NCBI GenBank assembly: GCA_963730935.1
Contig: CAVSTP010000004.1
Span: forward strand, 1 to 64,000
Reading direction: 5' to 3'
Length of the DNA: 64,000 bases
Origin: an uncultured Nitrospiraceae bacterium
GTDB taxonomy: Bacteria; Nitrospirota; Nitrospiria; Nitrospirales; Nitrospiraceae
Position numbers and translations under genes: made by a program. The notes under the pieces were generated by a model. The model worked only from the letters and a program-made list of their open reading frames with translations. It did no database searches and was not told the origin of the DNA. Below, in pieces: positions 58,025 to 64,000 of the stretch (its first letter is position 1; every line of letters starts with the position of its first letter).

Positions 58025-58433
58025 CGCAGCGACCGGGCCACGCACCCATCGCAAGTCGCGGGAGGCGACCATCGCCTTCTCAGGATAGGAATCGAGCAAG
58101 CTTGGTGGGATCACCCAACATCGGCATCGCCAGCCAGGGGCTGGTCGCATCTGATCGACAAGTGTGGTACCCGAGCCTGCAGCATGTCGCAAGAGAGACA
58201 CCCTCTCGGGCACCTTTTAAATAGTACGTGAAGAATCGCCATCGCCGCTTGGGAAAAGGGCGCGTCTCGGGTAAACGATTGCAAAGCAATCGGTGGGAGG
58301 GTGGGTGAAAAGGATCGACCGGGGTTGGGCGGGTGAGAAAGACTGCGCAGCAACCGGGCCACGCACCCATCGCAAGTCGCGGGAGGCGACCATCTGCCTT
58401 CTCGAGAGGAATCGAGCAAGCTTGGAAGGATCA
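58025..58433. repeat. Two direct copies of an ~88-bp unit (58025..58113 and 58346..58433) within a composite intergenic repeat
   Basis: Shared ACCGGGCCACGCACCCATCGCAAGTCGCGGGAGGCGACCATC...AGGAATCGAGCAAGCTTGG..GGATCA. Confidence 0.85.
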
Positions 58434-59087
58434 TTTTGTAGATGATTTCAGCAGAATGTCCCGACGCCAGACAATATAGATGGTGGATAGGACGACGGCG
58501 GCAAGGAGCGCGTTTCGGATCCGACCCGGGCCAAAGCAGGCGAGATTGACCATGCCGTTCGTAAACCCGTAGGCGGCATAGACGAGATAGATGAAGAACG
58601 CCCAGCGGGTGAGTTTTACGAACCCGTATCCGACTGCCACGTGGAGCGCGGGTGAGATGGCCTTGGTGAGAAATCCCGGAATGCCACCCGGCTTGGTGCA
58701 ATAGAACGGCAGCAGATAGTCGAAATTCTCGAGGATGATGATCGTGTCGTTCAACGCACTGATCAGCAATAAGACCCCGAGAAAACGGATATCGTGGCCG
58801 CGCTGCCATGCGGTACGGAACGTCCGCTGCCAACTTGAGCTGTCGGCACTGGCTCCCAGATAGGCGTCATAGGCTTGCAGCGCCCACCACGGCAGGGCCA
58901 GGACCATGAAGAAGAACACTTCGGCCCCGCGTCCGGACACCCGGCCGAGCATCAGGCTCGCGCTGACGAGCGCTACAGTGCAGAGGGCGGCCGCCGCGGC
59001 TTGCCGGTAACGGTGTTGCAGGAGTTGTCCCAGTCCGGGAAGAAGGAGGGAACAGAGCGCGGCGCGAACGTCACTGGATTCAGACAT
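58431..59087 (-). CDS. Hypothetical multi-pass membrane protein
   Basis: SLLLPGLGQL motif and about six hydrophobic helices. Confidence 0.75.
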   Translation of the reverse strand: MSESSDVRAALCSLLLPGLGQLLQHRYRQAAAAALCTVALVSASLMLGRVSGRGAEVFFFMVLALPWWALQAYDAYLGASADSSSWQRTFRTAWQRGHDIRFLGVLLLISALNDTIIILENFDYLLPFYCTKPGGIPGFLTKAISPALHVAVGYGFVKLTRWAFFIYLVYAAYGFTNGMVNLACFGPGRIRNALLAAVVLSTIYIVWRRDILLKSSTK

Positions 59088-59096
59088 GGGGAAATG

Positions 59097-59127
59097 AAAA
59101 AGGCCTTCGATCGTATGATCGAAGGCC
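59097..59127 (-). terminator. Intrinsic terminator after the Cld/ChdC-like gene
   Basis: GGCCTTCGATC-GTAT-GATCGAAGGCC perfect stem with a U5 tract on the minus strand. Confidence 0.75.
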
Positions 59128-59169
59128 CTTCATCATGACGAGCATCTTGTCTAGCTTGGGCAGACGAGC

Positions 59170-59889
59170 CTAGCCGCCGAGGGTATCCAGCGCTTCTTTC
59201 AGGCTGCCGCGAATGCAGGTGAAGATGGGCGTATCGCGCAAGGTATACCGGGAGCCTTCCGTTTCCCGCAGAGCCATCACCAGATCGAGGAAGTCTTCGG
59301 GTTTGTCGCTCTCAAACGCCACGACCCATTCCTGATCGTCGAGGCCGAAGGAATAGGTGGTGTTGAGCTTGACGGAAGGGAAGCGGTGGCCCACTTCGAT
59401 ATGTTCATCCATCATGCCTTGACGAGCGGCCTTTGTGAGGAGGAACCATTCGCGGGTCTTGAGGAATGGATAGACGAAAATGTATTTGGCTTTTCCGGGG
59501 ACGACGGTCAGGCGTTTGCTTTCCTGCCCTTCGTGCGTGTGATGATCGACATAGATCGATCGCTTCGTCATGGACAAATACGAATAGGGAGTGGTGAGAT
59601 ACTTGCCCAAGCCGGACGCGAGCATTTTGGAAGTCATCTGCTGGAAGAGTTCGAGTTCGTAGCTGATGCGCCAGAGCATGATGTCGCAATCACCACGAAT
59701 ACCCACGGTGGAATACGGAATCACCAGCACCTTGCCGGCATAATCCTCAATCGCACGGATGAATTCCTGTTTGCCTTTTGCGCGCTCGTCTTCCGGCAAA
59801 CGACGCCACGCCGGGTCGAGCTTATAGAACGCGAAGTTGACGTACTGGCGTTTGGGTGTCTGAGATGGTTGCTGTTCGGGGGCTGCCAT
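59170..59889 (-). CDS. Chlorite dismutase-family heme protein, probably coproheme decarboxylase-like (ChdC/HemQ)
   Basis: YPFLKTREWF...MMDEHIEVG (proximal His), TTYSFGLDDQEWVVAFE; lacks the distal Arg of true Cld; GGAGGAG RBS. Confidence 0.8.
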   Translation of the reverse strand: MAAPEQQPSQTPKRQYVNFAFYKLDPAWRRLPEDERAKGKQEFIRAIEDYAGKVLVIPYSTVGIRGDCDIMLWRISYELELFQQMTSKMLASGLGKYLTTPYSYLSMTKRSIYVDHHTHEGQESKRLTVVPGKAKYIFVYPFLKTREWFLLTKAARQGMMDEHIEVGHRFPSVKLNTTYSFGLDDQEWVVAFESDKPEDFLDLVMALRETEGSRYTLRDTPIFTCIRGSLKEALDTLGG

Positions 59890-60034
59890 GAACTCCTCCG
59901 TGTGACGTCTTGATCGAAAAGAACGAACTGAAGAACCAATTCTGTACCACTTCGACTTTTGTTTTGTCAACGGTCGCGAGGGCTCTAAGCCCGCTCGTTG
60001 ACAGGTAAAAACCGATTCTGTTAGTGCCTTGGCT

Positions 60035-60637
60035 ATGAAGGGCGCATTACGGCACATGACCGCGGCCGTCGGGGCGTCCTCCCTTGCGGTTTTTGCAGCG
60101 ACCGTAGTGTGTGCGATCGAGATCCAACCATCCCAGCAGGAGATCCGCGCCGCGCTTGATCGCGGAGCCGATGCGGCCAAAGAGCATCGCCCGCCGGATA
60201 CCTTCTATACCCGCTTCGGCGCCACCGATGAGCTGCATCCACGCGGGTTTCTGATTACAAAGCTCGCCGCACTTTCCGTCATGGCTACACACATGGGACT
60301 GCGAGGGATCGAACCCGCAGAGGCCGATATTGCCCAGGCGCTTGAGGGCAAGACCATGCTGGTCAGTGCTACTATTTTCGGTAATGTTGGCAACTTTGCC
60401 GTCGACAGTTACATGGTGCTCGACCAGTCTGGCAAAACCATCAAGCCCGTGACCGTGCGGTTCGACGGGATGGCGAGCCGCAGTGCCGCCTATCCTGAGC
60501 CACCGCGCTTCAAAGCCAAAGTCGTGGCCTCCTTTGCTTACGCCGACTTCGATCCGACAGCACAAACCACGATTTCCATCTTTCCCGCCAACGGCGGTGA
60601 GGTGACGTTTCCTCTGGATTTTTCTCAGATCAAGTAG
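60035..60637 (+). CDS. Exported hypothetical protein
   Basis: Signal peptide ending VVCA; about 200 aa. Confidence 0.7.
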   Translation: MKGALRHMTAAVGASSLAVFAATVVCAIEIQPSQQEIRAALDRGADAAKEHRPPDTFYTRFGATDELHPRGFLITKLAALSVMATHMGLRGIEPAEADIAQALEGKTMLVSATIFGNVGNFAVDSYMVLDQSGKTIKPVTVRFDGMASRSAAYPEPPRFKAKVVASFAYADFDPTAQTTISIFPANGGEVTFPLDFSQIK

Positions 60638-60638
60638 T

Positions 60639-60761
60639 CAAGGTGATGAAAATGACCGCCAGCTTTGTTCTCGCATCGCTTAGAGGCTCAACGTACGACT
60701 CAAAGTACGCTTCGCCTCTGCGCTCGCTTCGGCCGCGCTGGCGGCCATTTTGACCACCTTG
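60639..60761. mobile_element. MITE-like palindromic repeat, copy 2 (opposite orientation, different arms)
   Basis: Arms CAAGGTGATGAAAATGACCGCCAGC / GCTGGCGGCCATTTTGACCACCTTG; core is the reverse complement of the core of 55801..55926. Confidence 0.75.
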
Positions 60762-60782
60762 TGCCACTGATATCCACTTGCC

Positions 60783-62072
60783 ATGCGCAGAGCACGTTCC
60801 TCTCCTCGACCAGTCATCGCCGAAATCATTGCGGTCGGTTCTGAGCTTCTACTGGGAGGTCGGACCGACAGCAATTCATTGTTCATTACGGATGAACTGG
60901 GCACCCTGGGCATCGAAGTGCGTTTTAAGTCGGTGGTCGGCGACGATCGAGCCGATATCGTTCGTGCGCTGAAGACGGCGGTGTCGCGGGCGGAGATCAT
61001 CGTGATGACCGGCGGCCTTGGGCCGACCGTGGACGACTGCACGCGAGAGGCCATCGCCGATGCGGCGGGCCGCAAGCTCGCGCGGCGAAAAGAGGCCTTC
61101 GAGGCCATGCAAAAGCGGTTGGCGCAATGGGGCCGGTCGCCCAACAAGGGGCAACTCCGACAGGCGTTGATCCCGTCTGGTGCCACGGTCGTGCCCAATC
61201 CGGTCGGGTCGGCACCAGGATTCTGGTTAACGTGGCGAGGAGCCATGGTGATTTCGTTACCGGGCGTGCCAGCGGAAATGGCGGCGATGATGCGAGAGAG
61301 CGTGGCCCTTGCGTTGGCGTCTCGATTGGAGGGGCGAGGCCGCATGCGACCGCCGATCAAGCGACAGGTGTTTCACACGTGGGGAATTCCTGAGGCCGAG
61401 GTCGACGAAAAATTGCAGGGACTCATTCCTAAGAAGGCTCCCATCGACCTCGGATTGTTGGCTTCTCCGTTGGGCGTTTTGGTCTCGCTCACCACGAAGC
61501 CGCAGAGCAGCGCCGCCGACGAAATGTGGACCTCACTCGCCAAGTCGGTCCGTGCTCGTCTGCATGAATGGATTTTCGCAGAGGGTTCGGAATCGATGGA
61601 AGACGTGGTTGGCAGGCTGCTGCTCAAGGACAAGCGCACGCTCGCGCTGGCAGAGTCCTGCACCGGCGGATTGATCGGTCATCGGCTGACACAGGTGCCG
61701 GGCTCCTCGGCATATGTGGACCGTGGGATCATCTGCTACAGCAACAACGCGAAAATCGACCTGCTCGGCGTCTCCGCCGATCTCATCGAGCGACATGGCG
61801 CGGTGAGCGCGGAAGTCGCGGGCGCCATGGCGAAGGGCGTTCGCGAGCGCAGCGGCGTCTCGATTGGCTTGAGCGTCACCGGCATTGCCGGCCCCGGCGG
61901 CGCGACCGCCACAAAGCCGGTCGGATTGGTGTACGTCGGTTTGAACGTGGACAGTGGCGAGACCATCACGCGCGAGCATCGATTCCACGGCGACCGCTCG
62001 GTCATCAAGCAACGGTCTTCACAGGCAGCGCTCGATCTGCTCCGGCGCTGGCTCTTGGCAGGTGGTCGATAA
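60783..62072 (+). CDS. cinA: Competence/damage-inducible protein CinA (MocF + PncC NMN deamidase)
   Basis: IAVGSELLLG, GGLGPT.DD.T, PGVPAEM, AESCTGG, HGAVS, TGIAGPGG. Confidence 0.93.
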   Translation: MRRARSSPRPVIAEIIAVGSELLLGGRTDSNSLFITDELGTLGIEVRFKSVVGDDRADIVRALKTAVSRAEIIVMTGGLGPTVDDCTREAIADAAGRKLARRKEAFEAMQKRLAQWGRSPNKGQLRQALIPSGATVVPNPVGSAPGFWLTWRGAMVISLPGVPAEMAAMMRESVALALASRLEGRGRMRPPIKRQVFHTWGIPEAEVDEKLQGLIPKKAPIDLGLLASPLGVLVSLTTKPQSSAADEMWTSLAKSVRARLHEWIFAEGSESMEDVVGRLLLKDKRTLALAESCTGGLIGHRLTQVPGSSAYVDRGIICYSNNAKIDLLGVSADLIERHGAVSAEVAGAMAKGVRERSGVSIGLSVTGIAGPGGATATKPVGLVYVGLNVDSGETITREHRFHGDRSVIKQRSSQAALDLLRRWLLAGGR

Positions 62073-62155
62073 AGGCCGTCATCGGCATACTCCCATCGCT
62101 TGACGGGAGGCTACTACTGGCCTTTTAGGCAACCCGCAGGAGGGGAAGAGAGAGC

Positions 62156-62770
62156 ATGATTCGCGCCTTTTTGGCCGTTCAGTTGTCTGAACCGCTTCGA
62201 ACCACCCTTGCGGCAGTGCAATCGGAGGTAAAACGGCGAATCACCCATGATATGCCTCGCGACATCAGTCTGTCCTGGGTTCGTCCCGCTTCGATCCATT
62301 TGACGGTCAAATTCCTGGGCGACATTGCGGAAGATTTGATCACCCCTCTCCGCGAGGCGGTCGCCGATACGCTCATGCAACATCGACTCCTGCAGGTACC
62401 GCTCGATCGTCTCGGCGTCTTTCCGCGGCCCCAGCAACCTCGCGTGGTGTGGATCGGGCCATCCGAACAATGGGAGGCGAGCGACGGCGCCGCACGGTTG
62501 GCAGCGTTGCACCGCGCGATCGAGGCCTGCTGCGTGACGATGAATCTGGCGCCTGATCCCAGGCCGTTGAGTGCTCATCTGACCCTGGCGCGGATCAAGG
62601 CAGGTCACCGCGGGGCTGGACAGGCACTGGCAAGAAGCGGCGTGATGGATCGGCTGCCTTTGGCGGTGGAGTCTCTGTCGATCAACGCGATCACGTTGAT
62701 GAGAAGCGAGTTGAAACCAAGCGGATCCGTCTACACCGTCCTGTGGGAATCAACACTGCAGCCTGCCTAA
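62156..62770 (+). CDS. thpR: RNA 2',3'-cyclic phosphodiesterase (2H family)
   Basis: Two HxT motifs (HLTVKFLG, HLTLAR); follows cinA. Confidence 0.9.
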   Translation: MIRAFLAVQLSEPLRTTLAAVQSEVKRRITHDMPRDISLSWVRPASIHLTVKFLGDIAEDLITPLREAVADTLMQHRLLQVPLDRLGVFPRPQQPRVVWIGPSEQWEASDGAARLAALHRAIEACCVTMNLAPDPRPLSAHLTLARIKAGHRGAGQALARSGVMDRLPLAVESLSINAITLMRSELKPSGSVYTVLWESTLQPA

Positions 62771-62812
62771 CCCATCGAATTCAATTTCTGGGGTTGTCTT
62801 AGGTGCTCGGAT

Positions 62813-63901
62813 TTAACTCTGAGGCGGTTGATCGCGGATTGTCCGGCAGAACACCTCGACCAGAGATGGATCGAAGGTGGTGCCCGATTGTTCTTCAATG
62901 AGGGCGAGGGCTTTCTTGAGGGAGACCTGAGTTGCGCCGGAGTGTTCGGCAGTGAGTTCGTCGAACGCTTGTGCCAGTGCGACGAGGCGCGCCAGGTAGG
63001 GGATCTGCTGTTCCTTGAGTGCGAAGGGATACCCGCTGCCGTCCCAGCGCTCATGATGCAAGGCAATGATTTGGACGGCTTCCGCCGGCAATCCGATCGC
63101 CCGCCCGATGCGCGCGCCGATGTCGGGATGATGACGCTGGCGGTCGACATCTTGTGTCAGAAGGAAGCTGCCGTCGCCGCTGATCAAGTCCAAATCGTGG
63201 GCGAGTGCGCCCAGCGCAAGGTGCTGCTGTTCGGCCAACGGGAGTTGGAGTTGGTTTGCGGCGAGCGTTGCATAAAAGCTCACGCGGTTCCCGTGGTTGA
63301 CGAGGTGACGGTCCTTCGCTTCCAGCAAATCGGAGATCAATTGGATCAACGGCGAGGTGGTTTCCCGGCTAGAGACTTCCAGCAAACCGCTTTTGACCTG
63401 TCCCGCATACCGCGCCATCAGTGCCTGCCAGGCGTTCGTGCTTGCAGGCTCCGGCTGCCATAACGCCTCCTCCTCCGCCATAGCCCGGCGAAGCATGTCG
63501 AGTCGTTGTTTCTTGTGAGAGGTCTGAAGGCTGATAGACAGCAACTCGGACGCATTAAAAGGCTTGAGCAGAAAACCGGCCGCGCCGTGGCGTACGCAGT
63601 CCATTGCGGATTGCAGCGTGCCATAGGCCGTCACCATGATGACTTCGATCTCGCGGTGCGTCCGTTTGATCTCCTTGAGAATGTCGGATCCGGAGGTATC
63701 AGGCAGCTTGAGGTCGAGTGTCATGAGATCGACGCCATGATCGTTGATGACGGCCAGAGCATGGCTGCCGTTTTCGGCCGTCAGAATGTTGAAATTCTGC
63801 TTCAGAATCTGGGTGAGCGCGGCGCGGGGCGCTGCTTCGTCATCGACGATGAGGACGGTGGGTCTGTGGTCGATTGTGCTTTGTGCGAGAGATTGTGTCA
63901 T
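62813..63901 (-). CDS. Response regulator with HD-GYP domain
   Basis: REC (VDDE, LDLKLPD, LLKPF); LAHD, HHERWDGSGYP, GTTFDP; GGAGG RBS before ATG 63901. Confidence 0.88.
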   Translation of the reverse strand: MTQSLAQSTIDHRPTVLIVDDEAAPRAALTQILKQNFNILTAENGSHALAVINDHGVDLMTLDLKLPDTSGSDILKEIKRTHREIEVIMVTAYGTLQSAMDCVRHGAAGFLLKPFNASELLSISLQTSHKKQRLDMLRRAMAEEEALWQPEPASTNAWQALMARYAGQVKSGLLEVSSRETTSPLIQLISDLLEAKDRHLVNHGNRVSFYATLAANQLQLPLAEQQHLALGALAHDLDLISGDGSFLLTQDVDRQRHHPDIGARIGRAIGLPAEAVQIIALHHERWDGSGYPFALKEQQIPYLARLVALAQAFDELTAEHSGATQVSLKKALALIEEQSGTTFDPSLVEVFCRTIRDQPPQS

Positions 63902-64000
63902 ACCTCCAGCTGTATGATGGGAACCTCTTTTCGTCAAGGAAATCACGAATGGTTGTTGTAGGAGAAAGCCGGAGATCTACGCGCTTGACTGATCTGGAGC

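Noticed and set aside
57880..58433. CRISPR array
   Set aside because: Only two long units with irregular spacing; no cas genes and no repeat-spacer periodicity.
59170..60180. 336-aa version of the Cld-like ORF, and a call as true chlorite dismutase
   Set aside because: The N-terminal extension overlaps a divergent gene and a strong RBS marks ATG 59889; the distal catalytic Arg of Cld is not evident.

Overview
Bacterial chromosomal window, most likely Nitrospira/Nitrospiraceae (inferred from gene content and intergenic repeat families, not from a database search). (1) 1-14.6 kb: accessory region of small hypothetical and secreted genes. It ends in an XRE regulator module and a large serine recombinase whose C-terminus is read from the antisense strand of a tRNA-Met(CAT) gene. 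(2) 14.6-47.9 kb: a 33 kb, entirely minus-strand locus. It contains an exported heme/FAD enzyme set (alpha-dioxygenase-like heme peroxidase, di-heme c-type cytochrome, Tat-exported GMC oxidoreductase, catalase-like lipoprotein) and a two-partner secretion TpsA/TpsB + CHAT protease + DUF928 module. It also has a TonB receptor / periplasmic binding protein / histidine kinase / sigma54 activator sensing module. The enzyme and sensing operons share the same sigma54 promoter variant and the same paired upstream palindromes, which suggests one autoregulated oxylipin-like make-and-sense circuit (hypothesis). Several genes between 33.7 and 42.5 kb carry single-base frameshifts that look like assembly errors. 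(3) 48-64 kb: largely core-like genes (metallophosphoesterase, SixA, two Tmk-like kinases, Ppx/GppA, SDR, ChdC/Cld-like, CinA, ThpR, REC-HD-GYP), plus MITE-like and composite intergenic repeats and a candidate structured ncRNA. No CRISPR array or rRNA was seen.
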